From: Candidatus Micrarchaeota archaeon | Lineage (GTDB): Archaea; Micrarchaeota; Micrarchaeia; Micrarchaeales; CABMGC01 | Assembly: GCA_021811535.1 (NCBI GenBank) | Contig: JAJZOF010000016.1 | Coordinates: 2,592-66,591, forward strand | Direction of reading: 5' to 3' | DNA length: 64,000 nucleotides | In this document: in pieces, positions 18,179-28,518 of the stretch | Layout: each line of letters opens with the position of its first letter | How positions within the stretch are numbered: the stretch's first letter is position 1 | The notes under the pieces: generated by a model | The model's database searches: none | Seen by the model: the letters and a program-made list of their open reading frames with translations, nothing else | Told to the model about the DNA's origin: nothing | Position numbers and translations under genes: made by a program

Positions 18179-19594
18179 GTGTCTAATGAAGGGTTAATGG
18201 AGATAGTCGAGTCCAACGAGTACAGGGAGCGATATGGATTCAGGGACAACATAGATTATGGGGAGGTAACGAAGGGGCTGTCTGAGGACGTTGTGCGCAT
18301 GATATCTGCCATAAAGAAGGAGCCTGAATGGATGCTCGAGAAGAGGCTGGCGGGGCTGAAGTACTTCTACAGCAAGCCGACACCAAAGTGGGGAGCGGAT
18401 CTGGACGGCATAGATTATGACGACATATATTATTATATGAAGCCTACTGACAAGCTCAAGAAGAATACCTGGGAGGAGGTGCCTGATGACATAAAGCGCA
18501 CTTTCGACAAGCTTGGCATACCCGAAGCGGAGAGGAAGTTCTTCGCCGGAGCAGAGGCACAGTACGATTCGGAGGTAGTATACCACCATGTTAAGGAAGA
18601 GCTTGAGAAGCAAGGCGTCATATTTACTGATACTGGTACGGCAATAGAGAAATATCCCGAGATAGTAAAGAAATACTTTGGCATGGTAATACCGCCAACA
18701 GACAACAAGTTCGCGGCACTTAATACTGCGGTGCATTCAGGTGGATCTTTTATATATGTGCCGAAAGGGGTCAAGGTGGCCATGCCTCTGCAAGCGTATT
18801 TCAGGATAAATGCCGAGAAAGCCGGCCAGTTTGAGAGGACGCTGATAATAGCCGATGAAGGTGCAGAGGTCACTTACATAGAAGGGTGTACTGCGCCGAT
18901 ATACATGAGCTCATCGCTCCATTCGGCGGTTGTGGAGATAGTTGCACATAAAAACGCGCATGTCAGGTATGTCACTATACAGAACTGGTCGAAGAACGTA
19001 TACAACCTTGTTACACAGAGGGCATACGCCGATGAAGGTGCAAAGGTGGAGTGGATAGATGCAAATATAGGGAGCAAGGTGAACATGAAATATCCTAGCA
19101 TATTCCTCAGGGGGAAGGGGGCAAGCGGCGAGATACTCTCCATAGCAGTTGCGGGAGACGGGCAGGTCCAGGATTCAGGAGGCAAAGTCTATCATCTTGC
19201 ACCTGATACCACCTCTAAGATAATATCAAAGAGCGTATCGAAAGGGACAGGTGTCACTTCCTTCCGCGGCCTCATGCATATAGGCAAGAACGCTTCAGGA
19301 GTGAAAGCGCATGTTTCGTGCGACGCGCTCCTTCTTGACGAGAATGCAAAGACCAATACATACCCTTACAACGACATAAACAGGAACGATGCCATGATAA
19401 GCCACGAGGCGAAGGTAGGAAAGATAAGCGGCGAGGCGATATTTTACCTCATGTCCAGAGGGTTGAGCGAGGATGACGCAGTAGCAATGATCGTGCTTGG
19501 ATTCATAGAGGATCTGACAAAGGTGCTTCCGCTCGAATACTCGCTTGAGCTTAAACGGCTCATAAAGCTTGATACCAGCAGGGGAGTAGGCTAG
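18179..19594 (+). CDS. sufB: Fe-S cluster assembly protein SufB
   Basis: 471 aa. Family-typical beta-helix core region and C-terminal EAIFYLMSRGLSEDDA...GF motif. AGGTG SD upstream of the GTG. Confidence 0.9.
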   Translation: MSNEGLMEIVESNEYRERYGFRDNIDYGEVTKGLSEDVVRMISAIKKEPEWMLEKRLAGLKYFYSKPTPKWGADLDGIDYDDIYYYMKPTDKLKKNTWEEVPDDIKRTFDKLGIPEAERKFFAGAEAQYDSEVVYHHVKEELEKQGVIFTDTGTAIEKYPEIVKKYFGMVIPPTDNKFAALNTAVHSGGSFIYVPKGVKVAMPLQAYFRINAEKAGQFERTLIIADEGAEVTYIEGCTAPIYMSSSLHSAVVEIVAHKNAHVRYVTIQNWSKNVYNLVTQRAYADEGAKVEWIDANIGSKVNMKYPSIFLRGKGASGEILSIAVAGDGQVQDSGGKVYHLAPDTTSKIISKSVSKGTGVTSFRGLMHIGKNASGVKAHVSCDALLLDENAKTNTYPYNDINRNDAMISHEAKVGKISGEAIFYLMSRGLSEDDAVAMIVLGFIEDLTKVLPLEYSLELKRLIKLDTSRGVG

Positions 19595-19618
19595 ATACGC
19601 AGCGGCTACGGTGGGAGA

Positions 19619-20830
19619 TTGAGATACGATGAGTACGTGAAGGAAGCGGTAAGGTATTATGGGGAGCTTGAGGAGGAAAACAACGAGCTTTACAAGAAAT
19701 ATGTAGCCAGGCTCGATCTTCCTGCGAGGCCGCGTATCGGCGATTCGATCTCAGCAAAGGCAGCAACAGAGTATTCAGAGATGCTTACCTCTGATCTCGG
19801 GATCGGCTTCGATGCGGTTATAGCCGGGGACAGCATCGTGTACAGCAGGTCAAGGCATCTTCTTAGGGAGACATATAACGATGATGCCAATACAGGCATG
19901 CTGGAGAATAGGATATTCAAGAGCAGCGAGAACAAGCTTGCGGCTTTCATAAATGCTAACTCGCGCAAGACCTTCCTGATAAGCGTAGGGAAAAACGAAG
20001 AATCTGCTCTCTCTGTCCTCTTCCTGAAGAACGAGGCTCCCATACAGATACTGGTCGATGTCCAGGATGGAGGGAGACTGGAGCTCTCGGAGCTTTTTGC
20101 TTCGGCTACAGATGATGCGTACGTATCTACCACTATGCATGAGATAAAGGCAGGGGAGAGATCGCATGCGAACATATCCATAATAAACGATGAAGGATAC
20201 AATGCAAATGCAGTATCGTTGTCTAAAGGCATATGCGGCGCTGGTGCGGAGATGAGGATCAATTACGCGTACTCTGGTTCGGCGGTCACCAAGGCGAGGA
20301 ACGGGTTTTACGCTTCCGGTGACGGCGCATCTGTAAGGGTGAGCGAGGCCGTCTATGGCGTGAAGAATCAGGTATTCGACATAAGCACTTACATATCAAA
20401 CAGCTCCAGATTCAGCAAGGCAAAGCTGGATTCAGGGGCTGTGCTGGACGAAGCTTCCCGGTGCATAATGAAGGGCTTCGCCAAGGTTGAGAAGTTCACA
20501 AAGGGGGCGGAATCGAATATTACGGAGAGGGGGGTATTGCTCAGCGAAGATGCAAAGATAGACGCCCTGCCGGACATGTCAATAGACTACAGCGATGAAG
20601 TCAAGGCTACGCACTCGGCGGCGAGCTCACCGATAGACAGGGAGCTTATATTTTACCTTCAGTCGCGCGGGATAGAAGAGAGCGAGGCGCGGAAACTCTT
20701 CATACGTGCATTTATAGACAGATATCTGGAAGGCATTAATGACAAGGCATTCAGGGAAGCCGCATCGCAGATGCTTGGATCCAAGCTCTATACAAGGGAA
20801 CCGTGCTATACTTCAGGGATAATGTTTTGA
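19619..20830 (+). CDS. sufD: Fe-S cluster assembly protein SufD
   Basis: SufB paralog-like with C-terminal ELIFYLQSRGIEESEARKLFIRAF. Located between sufB and sufC. Confidence 0.8.
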   Translation: MRYDEYVKEAVRYYGELEEENNELYKKYVARLDLPARPRIGDSISAKAATEYSEMLTSDLGIGFDAVIAGDSIVYSRSRHLLRETYNDDANTGMLENRIFKSSENKLAAFINANSRKTFLISVGKNEESALSVLFLKNEAPIQILVDVQDGGRLELSELFASATDDAYVSTTMHEIKAGERSHANISIINDEGYNANAVSLSKGICGAGAEMRINYAYSGSAVTKARNGFYASGDGASVRVSEAVYGVKNQVFDISTYISNSSRFSKAKLDSGAVLDEASRCIMKGFAKVEKFTKGAESNITERGVLLSEDAKIDALPDMSIDYSDEVKATHSAASSPIDRELIFYLQSRGIEESEARKLFIRAFIDRYLEGINDKAFREAASQMLGSKLYTREPCYTSGIMF

Positions 20831-20841
20831 TGGTTGATATT

Positions 20842-21573
20842 ATGGCTTTAGAGATAAAGGACCTTCGCGTAGAGGCTGAGGGCAAGGAAGTAGTAAAGGG
20901 CGTGAGCATAAAAGTGCAGAAGGGAGAGATCCATGTGATAATGGGCCCGAACGGGTCAGGAAAGACAACGCTTGCAAAAGCAGTCATGGGGCATCCTTCT
21001 CTCGCAATTAAGGGCGGTGAGATACTGCTTAACGGAGAGAATATAACCTCACTGCTCCCAAATGAGAGAGCCAGGAAAGGGCTTTTCATGGAATTCCAGA
21101 ATCCAGTCGAGATAGACGGGCTTGGTTTCATGAATTTCCTTAACAGCGCACGCGGGGCCTTATCTGATGAGAAGTACACTTACAAGGACTTCATTTCTGA
21201 GATAAAGGAGAATGCCTCGAAGCTCAAGATAAGGGAGGAGCTCATAAGCAGGCCCCTCAACTACGGATTCTCAGGAGGGGAGAAGAAGAAGATGGAGATA
21301 CTGCAGATGGCCGTACTTAAACCGAAGTTCGCGATACTTGATGAGCCGGATTCAGGGCTTGACGTGGATGCGGTAAGGATTGTCGCACAGGGTATAAGCG
21401 ATTTCCATGAGAAGACAGGCGCAGGAATAATAATAATAACGCACTACAGCAGGATACTGAGCCACATGCAGCCAAACTTCATACACGTGATGAAGGACGG
21501 GAAGATAATAAGAGAGGGGGGAAACGAGCTGGTCCAGGAAGTGGAATCGAAGGGATACGAATACGAAGAATGA
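20842..21573 (+). CDS. sufC: Fe-S cluster assembly ATPase SufC
   Basis: Walker A GPNGSGKTT, ABC signature FSGGEKKK, Walker B ILDEPDSGLD. The start is ATG 20842 or 20830. Confidence 0.92.
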   Translation: MALEIKDLRVEAEGKEVVKGVSIKVQKGEIHVIMGPNGSGKTTLAKAVMGHPSLAIKGGEILLNGENITSLLPNERARKGLFMEFQNPVEIDGLGFMNFLNSARGALSDEKYTYKDFISEIKENASKLKIREELISRPLNYGFSGGEKKKMEILQMAVLKPKFAILDEPDSGLDVDAVRIVAQGISDFHEKTGAGIIIITHYSRILSHMQPNFIHVMKDGKIIREGGNELVQEVESKGYEYEE

Positions 21574-21577
21574 TCTG

Positions 21578-22825
21578 ATGGAAGGAATTGATGCTGAGAA
21601 GTTACGGGAAGACTTCCCAATATTGAAGAGGAAGGTAAACGGAAAGAGGATGGTTTACCTAGACAGTGCAGCGACATCACAGAAGCCCGAGAGTGTCATA
21701 AAGGCGATAGACAATTATTACAGGAACTACAATTCGAACATCCACAGGGGGCTTTACAGGATAGCCGAGGAGGCGACAGAAGCCTACACAGGATCCAAGG
21801 AAAAAGTGGCGAAGCTGATAAACGCAGAGGCATACAGGAATATAGTATACTGCAGGAACACAACCGAGGCGATAAACATGGTTGCGCTCTCCCTTGGGAA
21901 GAGCTTGCTGGAAAAAGGGGACATTGTCCTTACTACAGAGATGGAGCATCACAGCAACATAGTCCCATGGCAGATGCTTTCGAAGAGGCTGGGAAGCAAA
22001 GTGGAATACGCAAGGCTGGATGGGGATAAAAAATTCATCGACATGGAGGATTACAAGTCCAGGCTGGAGAAGGACCCGAAGATAGTCACGTTTACTGCGG
22101 CTTCCAATGTCCTTGGTACCATAAATGACATCAAGGAGATGACAAGGCTTGCGCATAAGAAAGGTGCAGTAGTCATTATTGATGGGGCACAGCATGTGCC
22201 ACATATGCAGATGGACGTAAGAGAGGTAGGATGCGATTTTCTTGCATTCTCAGGGCATAAGATGTTCGGCCCCGCGGGCATAGGGGTCTTATACGGGAAG
22301 GAGGAGGCGCTCGAGAGCATGGAACCAGTCTTGGGCGGAGGGGACATGATAAGGAGCGTCTCCTTTGCAGGATGCAGTTGGAATGAGCTTCCGTGGAAAT
22401 TCGAGGCCGGGACTTCCAATATAGAAGGCGGGATAGGACTAGGAGCCGCGGTAGACTATATACTCTCGATAGGCATCGGCAGGATACGTGAACACGAGGA
22501 AGAGCTGACTAAGTACGCGCTCGAATCCATGGCAGAGATCCGTGGCGTCGAGGTCTTTGGTCCGGGAATAGGTGAGACTGGAAGGCGCGGCGGCACCATC
22601 TCTTTTAATGTCAATGGCATACACCCTCATGACCTCTCCACGATATTTGACAGTGAAGGCATAGCCATACGCGCCGGGCACCACTGTGCAATGCCCCTTG
22701 TAAATTCCGTCCTGGGACAGGATGCGGTAGCAAGGATCAGCTTCTACGCATACAACAGCGAAGAGGATGTAGATGCCATTGCACCTGCGATAAGCAAGGC
22801 TAAGGAAGTACTCAAGGTTTCCTGA
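21578..22825 (+). CDS. sufS: Cysteine desulfurase SufS (class V aminotransferase)
   Basis: PLP-lysine context FSGHKMFGP and catalytic Cys context RAGHHCA. Last gene of the suf cluster. Confidence 0.9.
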   Translation: MEGIDAEKLREDFPILKRKVNGKRMVYLDSAATSQKPESVIKAIDNYYRNYNSNIHRGLYRIAEEATEAYTGSKEKVAKLINAEAYRNIVYCRNTTEAINMVALSLGKSLLEKGDIVLTTEMEHHSNIVPWQMLSKRLGSKVEYARLDGDKKFIDMEDYKSRLEKDPKIVTFTAASNVLGTINDIKEMTRLAHKKGAVVIIDGAQHVPHMQMDVREVGCDFLAFSGHKMFGPAGIGVLYGKEEALESMEPVLGGGDMIRSVSFAGCSWNELPWKFEAGTSNIEGGIGLGAAVDYILSIGIGRIREHEEELTKYALESMAEIRGVEVFGPGIGETGRRGGTISFNVNGIHPHDLSTIFDSEGIAIRAGHHCAMPLVNSVLGQDAVARISFYAYNSEEDVDAIAPAISKAKEVLKVS

Positions 22826-22832
22826 GAGGGGC

Positions 22833-23468
22833 TTAGGAGGATAGCAGATATGCTGTTATGTCCTCAAAGAATAGATGAAGCTTCTCGGTTTTCTCTATTT
22901 TTAGGCCGGATGCTGATATTATCTCGTGGAATTCATCTGGGTCTGCAAAGCTGCTTGAGACAGTTATTATTTTTCCTCCCGGAGTCAGATGCCCTGGTGC
23001 GGCTTTTAGGAATCTGCGGAACGCCTCGTTTCCTCCGGGACCGCTCTCTACCTGGATAGCTATTTCCTTCTCGGCAATCTCCCCGGATTCAGGGAGATAC
23101 GGCGGGTTGAATGTTATCAGATCAAACCTGCCGGCTATATTGGAGAAGAGATCCGATCGGATGATATGCGGCATGGTGTGAAGAACTGCAGCGTTATGCC
23201 TTGCGTTGAGGTCTGCGTTCCTTACTGCGGATTCGCTTATGTCTGATAGGATTACATACTCAACGTTGGAGTACAATGCCAGGTTTATGCCGAGTATCCC
23301 TGTGCCTGTGCCGAGATCAATGGCGTGGATGCCTTTCCTGTTGCGAAACGCATCCTCCATTAGCTGCTTGAGCATCGAGAGCGCAAGATAAGAATCTTCG
23401 GATGGCGGGTATACATCCCCAATTGCTTCTATATGCGGTTCGCTTGGATGCCTTGCTGGAGACAACAT
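22833..23468 (-). CDS. HemK/Mtq2-type N5-glutamine methyltransferase
   Basis: SAM motif DLGTGTGILG and catalytic NPPY (TFNPPYLP). Confidence 0.75.
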   Translation of the reverse strand: MLSPARHPSEPHIEAIGDVYPPSEDSYLALSMLKQLMEDAFRNRKGIHAIDLGTGTGILGINLALYSNVEYVILSDISESAVRNADLNARHNAAVLHTMPHIIRSDLFSNIAGRFDLITFNPPYLPESGEIAEKEIAIQVESGPGGNEAFRRFLKAAPGHLTPGGKIITVSSSFADPDEFHEIISASGLKIEKTEKLHLFFEDITAYLLSS

Positions 23469-23518
23469 ACGGGTAAATTGCTTTGCGGATTTTTATAGGT
23501 TATTGCAGAAGTTTCATT

Positions 23519-25285
23519 ATGCTATTTGGAGAGATTGCAGAGTATTACAGCAGGCTTGAGGCGACGCAGTCGAGGATAGAGATGGTGGGCCTCCTCAGGG
23601 ATATGTTCAGCAGGATGGACGAGGAGGAGATTGCGAAGATGGTATATATGACGCAGGGGGTCCTTGGCCCGCCTTTTGAGAGCCTGCAGGTAGGAATTGC
23701 GGAGAAGCTTGCGGAAGATGCGATAGCCGAAGCGGCAGGTTACGAAAAGAGGGATGTTGTGGCAGCCTTCAGGAAGACTGGAGACCTTGGCACAGCTGCT
23801 GAGGAATTGTCAGGAAAGAAGAGAAGCAGGCTTCTCTCTTATTCGAAGCTCTCCGGAATGCATGTATTTGATACGATGATGAGCATAGCAAAGGCTTCGG
23901 GAGAGGGAAGCAAAGAGACGAAGATAAAGGGAATGGTAAGCCTGCTCTCGTCGGCATCGCCATTGGAGGCGCGTTATATTGTGAGGTTTGCATTAGGCAC
24001 GCTCAGACTTGGGGCCGGAGATGCAACAATAATGGAGGCCCTAGCGCTTATGGCAACTGGGGACAGGGCCAATAAGGATAAGCTCGAGAGAGCCTACAAT
24101 GTCTGCGGGGATCTTGGCAGGGTTGCACGGACACTGGTTGCAATGGGAATGGGCGGCATAGAAAATTTCAAGGCAGGGGTTTTCAGCCCTATAAAGCCGG
24201 CCCTTGCCGAGAGACTGCCCACATCAGAGGAGATACTGGAGAGGATGGGAGGCAGATGCGCAGTTGAGAGTAAGTACGATGGGCTGCGCGCACAGGTGCA
24301 CTTCAGCAGGAAGGAAGGCAGGGTCGAGATATTCTCAAGGAACCTGGAGCGGATAACGGAGATGTTTCCTGACATATCGGAAGCGTTCTTCAATGAAGTC
24401 TCCGCTAACGAATGCATAGTGGAGGGGGAGGTTATAGCTTACGACGAAGTGGCTGGGACATTCAGACCTTTCCAGGAAACAATACAGAGGAAGAGGAAGC
24501 ATGATATTGACGAGAAGAGCAGGCAGATACCTGTAAAGCTCTTCCTTTTCGACGTCATGTATCTCGACGGGAGCGAGTGCCTTGAGATGCCATACAGGGA
24601 GAGGCGAAGGCTGCTGGAAAAGATTATAAAAGGAGGAAGGGTTATCGAGGCAGCAGATAGGATAATAGCCTCTTCCCCGAAGGAGCTTGATTCGTATTTT
24701 GAGCACAATGTAGAGAGCGGCCTTGAGGGGATAGTTGCAAAAGGCATTGATTCTGTTTATGTTGCAGGGGCGAGGAGGTTCAGCTGGATAAAGCTCAAGA
24801 GGAGCTACAAGGGAGAGCTCTCGGATACGGTTGATCTGGTAATAATAGGGTATTACAGAGGGAAGGGCTCAAGGACCGAATTCGGCCTCGGCGGCCTCCT
24901 GTGCGCAGTATATAACGACGCCACGGATCTCTTTGAGAGCATAACCAAGATAGGCACCGGGTTTACAGAACACCAGATGGAGGATTTATGGGGCAGATGC
25001 AAGGATATCTCAAGGAAGGCAAAGCCAGCCAGAGTTCTCTCCCAGCTGGAGCCGGATTTCTGGGTCGAGCCGAAGTATGTGATAGAGGTGAGGGCGGATG
25101 AGATAACCAGATCTCCGACACACATGTGCGGGAGGGAAGGCGGCTCTGAAGAGGGATACGCGCTAAGGTTCCCGAGGATAGTGAGTGAGGGTATACGCGA
25201 AGACAAGAGCGCGGAGGATGCAACTACGACTGCGGAGATAGTCTCGATGTACGCCGAACAGAAGAGGACAAAGGTAAAGGATTAG
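23519..25285 (+). CDS. lig: ATP-dependent DNA ligase
   Basis: Adenylation motif ESKYDGLRAQVH (KxDG), EGIVAK, WIKLKR. ATG at 23519 preferred. Confidence 0.92.
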   Translation: MLFGEIAEYYSRLEATQSRIEMVGLLRDMFSRMDEEEIAKMVYMTQGVLGPPFESLQVGIAEKLAEDAIAEAAGYEKRDVVAAFRKTGDLGTAAEELSGKKRSRLLSYSKLSGMHVFDTMMSIAKASGEGSKETKIKGMVSLLSSASPLEARYIVRFALGTLRLGAGDATIMEALALMATGDRANKDKLERAYNVCGDLGRVARTLVAMGMGGIENFKAGVFSPIKPALAERLPTSEEILERMGGRCAVESKYDGLRAQVHFSRKEGRVEIFSRNLERITEMFPDISEAFFNEVSANECIVEGEVIAYDEVAGTFRPFQETIQRKRKHDIDEKSRQIPVKLFLFDVMYLDGSECLEMPYRERRRLLEKIIKGGRVIEAADRIIASSPKELDSYFEHNVESGLEGIVAKGIDSVYVAGARRFSWIKLKRSYKGELSDTVDLVIIGYYRGKGSRTEFGLGGLLCAVYNDATDLFESITKIGTGFTEHQMEDLWGRCKDISRKAKPARVLSQLEPDFWVEPKYVIEVRADEITRSPTHMCGREGGSEEGYALRFPRIVSEGIREDKSAEDATTTAEIVSMYAEQKRTKVKD

Positions 25286-25350
25286 ATAGTTCAATAAATA
25301 ATTTTTACTTTTATATATATTATCCTGGTGTGCGATTTTCTACAAAAGAT

Positions 25351-25364
25351 ATTTAAATATATAT
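25351..25364 (+). promoter_or_regulatory. Candidate TATA box for the ftsZ1-ftsZ2 transcription unit
   Basis: ATTTAAATATATAT about 30-40 nt upstream of the ftsZ1 ATG. GAGG SD-like element just before the ATG. Confidence 0.4.
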
Positions 25365-25393
25365 TTAAGATTACATACTAAGAGGCGATCAGG

Positions 25394-26452
25394 ATGGTAG
25401 ACTTTACAAGCGATTTGTTAGGAGGCAAGGGTTCGGGGGCTGACGCAGTCAGCGATTCCACGCAGATAAAGATAGTCACTGTTGGAGTCGGAGGCGGAGG
25501 AAACAACACGGTAAACAGGCTGCTGAAGGTTGGCGTTAAGGGAACCGATCTTGTTGCGGTGAATACCGATGCCCAGCACTTCAAGATAATAGACGAGAGG
25601 ATAAAAAAGATACTCATAGGAAAGAACATGACAAGGGGTCTCGGAGCCGGAGGAGATCCTGAGATAGGGGCAAAGGCTGCTGAACTCGACAGACAGCTCC
25701 TTGAGGAGACTTTCTACGGTGCGCAGCTCGTATTCCTGTGCGCAGGGATGGGAGGCGGAACCGGAACAGGAGCAATGCCGGTAGTAGCGCAGATAGCAAA
25801 GGAGCAGGGCGCGATAGTAGTCTCGATGGTAACATACCCATTCGATCTGGAGAGGGTAAGGAAGACCAAGGCTTCAGAGGGTATACAGAGATTGAGAAAG
25901 TACAGCGACAGCGTCATCATATTGGATAACAACAGGCTCGTGAAGCTTGTGCCTAATCTGCCAATGAACGAGGCTTTTGCCGTAGCAGACGACATACTCG
26001 CCAAGGCAATAGGAGGACTTGTATGGACAATTACCCAGCCAAGCCTGATAAACATAGACTTCGCCGATGTAAGGTCCATAATGGGAAGCGGCGATGTTGG
26101 ATTCATCTCCGTGGGCACAGGAAAGGGCAATGACAGAGTAGCTTCTGCTGCGGAAGCGGTGGTGAAGAACAAGCTTCTTGATGTGGATTTTGAGAACGCA
26201 AAGGGCGCGCTGATACACATATCAGGCGCATCTGACCTGACACTTGGAGATGCAATAAAGGCTGGAGAGCAGATAACCGAGAGAATGGATCCTAAGGCCA
26301 ACATAAAGTGGGGCGCAAGGATAATACCAGGATTCGAGGGCCAGCTTGAGATAGTTGCAATAGTAACAGGCGTGCGTGGCTCAAGCATAGCGGGCAAATT
26401 CGACGAGATGGCTACAAGGAAGGCAAGATACGACGGAATAGATTACATATAA
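25394..26452 (+). CDS. ftsZ1: Cell division protein FtsZ (paralog 1)
   Basis: GVGGGGNNTVNRL and tubulin signature [15 protein letters not shown]. Confidence 0.95.
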   Translation: MVDFTSDLLGGKGSGADAVSDSTQIKIVTVGVGGGGNNTVNRLLKVGVKGTDLVAVNTDAQHFKIIDERIKKILIGKNMTRGLGAGGDPEIGAKAAELDRQLLEETFYGAQLVFLCAGMGGGTGTGAMPVVAQIAKEQGAIVVSMVTYPFDLERVRKTKASEGIQRLRKYSDSVIILDNNRLVKLVPNLPMNEAFAVADDILAKAIGGLVWTITQPSLINIDFADVRSIMGSGDVGFISVGTGKGNDRVASAAEAVVKNKLLDVDFENAKGALIHISGASDLTLGDAIKAGEQITERMDPKANIKWGARIIPGFEGQLEIVAIVTGVRGSSIAGKFDEMATRKARYDGIDYI

Positions 26453-26454
26453 AG

Positions 26455-27477
26455 GTGGTATCGATGCCTGAACAGGTCGATTACGACTCCATGGTAGCTA
26501 GGATTGCAGTTGTGGGAGTAGGCGGGCAGGGCAGCAACCTTGTCAACAGACTCTACAGCAACGGTATGAAGAGCGCTGATACGATAGCCCTTAATACGGA
26601 CCATGCGCACCTCAATATGATAAAGGCTCAGAAGAAGCTATTGATAGGCAGGGAGATAACCAGCGGCTACGGCGCCGGCGGTTTCCCAGAGGTAGCTGCA
26701 AAGTGCGCTGATGCGAGCAGAAGGGAGATAGAGAAACTCCTTGAGGGTTACGACCTTGTTTTCATAGCTGCAGGGATGGGTGGCGGGACTGGGACAGGGG
26801 CTGCACCGGTGGTCGCGCAGGTAGCGCGCGAACAGGGCGCTACTGTAATAGCCGCGGTTACCTATCCGTTCGAACTTGAGAGAAGCAGGAAGCTTAAGGC
26901 ACAGTGGGGTCTTGAACAGCTGAACAAGCAGGCGGACTGCACGATAGTCGTGGAGAACGACAAGCTTCTCTCGTATGTTCCGAACCTTCCTATAGAGAAG
27001 GCGTTTGAGCTCGTTGACAACATAACCGGTAACGCGGTGAAAGGGATAGCCGACACCATACAGCTGCCTAGCCTGATAAACCTCGACTTTGCAGATTTGA
27101 GGAATGTAGTGCGGAATACCGGCACCGCGGTGATAAGCCTTGGATACGGGAACGGGACCAACCGCGTGGAACAGGCAGTGGCATCGACAAGGACGCATCC
27201 GCTGCTTACAGTGGATTATGACGGAGCAAGGGGCGCATTGATACAGGTAGTTGGGGGAAACAGCCTGACGATAAGCGAGGCGACTCAGATAGGCAACGGG
27301 GTCACTGAGGGTTTGTCCGAGACTGCCAATGTGATCTTCGGCTCGCGAATGATACCTGAGCTGCAGGATCAGATAAGGGTAGTCTCTGTAGTCACTGGCG
27401 TCAAGGCGCGGTTTGGAGAGAAGAGGGACGAGAAGGCATCTGCACTTAATATGAGTTTCCTGGAAGCCGTATACTAA
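26455..27477 (+). CDS. ftsZ2: Cell division protein FtsZ (paralog 2)
   Basis: [13 protein letters not shown] and [15 protein letters not shown]. Starts 2-11 nt after the ftsZ1 stop (GTG 26455 or ATG 26464). Confidence 0.95.
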   Translation: MVSMPEQVDYDSMVARIAVVGVGGQGSNLVNRLYSNGMKSADTIALNTDHAHLNMIKAQKKLLIGREITSGYGAGGFPEVAAKCADASRREIEKLLEGYDLVFIAAGMGGGTGTGAAPVVAQVAREQGATVIAAVTYPFELERSRKLKAQWGLEQLNKQADCTIVVENDKLLSYVPNLPIEKAFELVDNITGNAVKGIADTIQLPSLINLDFADLRNVVRNTGTAVISLGYGNGTNRVEQAVASTRTHPLLTVDYDGARGALIQVVGGNSLTISEATQIGNGVTEGLSETANVIFGSRMIPELQDQIRVVSVVTGVKARFGEKRDEKASALNMSFLEAVY

Positions 27478-27512
27478 TCCGGCTTCCTTTTTATTTGTTT
27501 TGCGCATAGTAG

Positions 27513-28451
27513 ATGCTTATGAAGCAGTCATATGCGCGTTCTGGAGCGACCGGCAGAAGGAAGACTGCACAGAGCGCCATGGAGTATCTGATGACTTACG
27601 GATGGGCGATACTGATTATCGCTATTGTGTTAGGCGCTTTATTTTCTTTAGGGGTTTTTAGCTCCAACTCGTCCTTTGGTGTCAAGGAACCTCCGGGATC
27701 ATGCACAGTCTACAGGCCATACGGGCTGAGAAGCACTGCGTTCTTAGCCTTAAATGGGGCATGCTCTGGAGTTGTGCCGGAGTATGTTGCAGAGTTTGAG
27801 AACCGATCGTCTATAGTAATCTCAAATGACACTGGATTGAATATAGACACGCTCACCGTAACAGCGTGGGCAAAGAGCAACGGGCCTACGGATTACGGAA
27901 GCTTATCGCTATACAATACTGTAGTGGTGCGCCCGTTTTACTGGTTTGTCGCAGCTTCATGCGGAACCGCACTGCCGCTTTATATGTGCTACTGGGATTA
28001 CAAAGTAAGCGATAATCCGGGAGAGGAGTATGCCAATACCTCAGCCATTATTCTGCCGGGTAAATGGTACTTTATTGCAGCGGTTATGAACGAGTCTGCA
28101 GGCACTGAGACCATATATGTGGATGGGAGATTTTACCTGAAGGGCGGATACCAGCCGAACCCCACACAACTCAAAGGCGTGCCTACGGTAATAGGATATT
28201 CAGGCTGCTGCAACCAATACATGAACGGGAGCATATCCAACGTACAGATATACAACAAGACACTCACGCAGAACCAGATAAGCTTGATTTATAATGAGGG
28301 TATCGGAGGCGCGCCTGTCTTCCTGAACTCGCTTCAGGCGTGGTGGCCCCTGGATGGAACCCCGCTTGATTATTCAGGGAATATGAATAATGGAGTAGGC
28401 TATAATATAACGTACAGCAGCGACTGGGAGAGCGGGTATTCGCAGCCTTGA
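27513..28451 (+). CDS. Pilin-like protein: class III signal peptide plus LamG/concanavalin-like domain
   Basis: N-terminus RRKTAQSAMEYLMTYGWAILIIAIVLGALF (archaeal type IV pilin-like). Body has LamG-type strands (LTVTAWAKSNG, GKWYFIAAVMNESAGTETIYVDG, GSISNVQIYNKTLTQNQISLIYNEG). Confidence 0.7.
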   Translation: MLMKQSYARSGATGRRKTAQSAMEYLMTYGWAILIIAIVLGALFSLGVFSSNSSFGVKEPPGSCTVYRPYGLRSTAFLALNGACSGVVPEYVAEFENRSSIVISNDTGLNIDTLTVTAWAKSNGPTDYGSLSLYNTVVVRPFYWFVAASCGTALPLYMCYWDYKVSDNPGEEYANTSAIILPGKWYFIAAVMNESAGTETIYVDGRFYLKGGYQPNPTQLKGVPTVIGYSGCCNQYMNGSISNVQIYNKTLTQNQISLIYNEGIGGAPVFLNSLQAWWPLDGTPLDYSGNMNNGVGYNITYSSDWESGYSQP

Positions 28452-28518
28452 TCCGCCCCTCGGGACTTCTTTTAGCATATATGTTTATTAAGCTTAATTG
28501 GATTTATTCCGTATCAAT

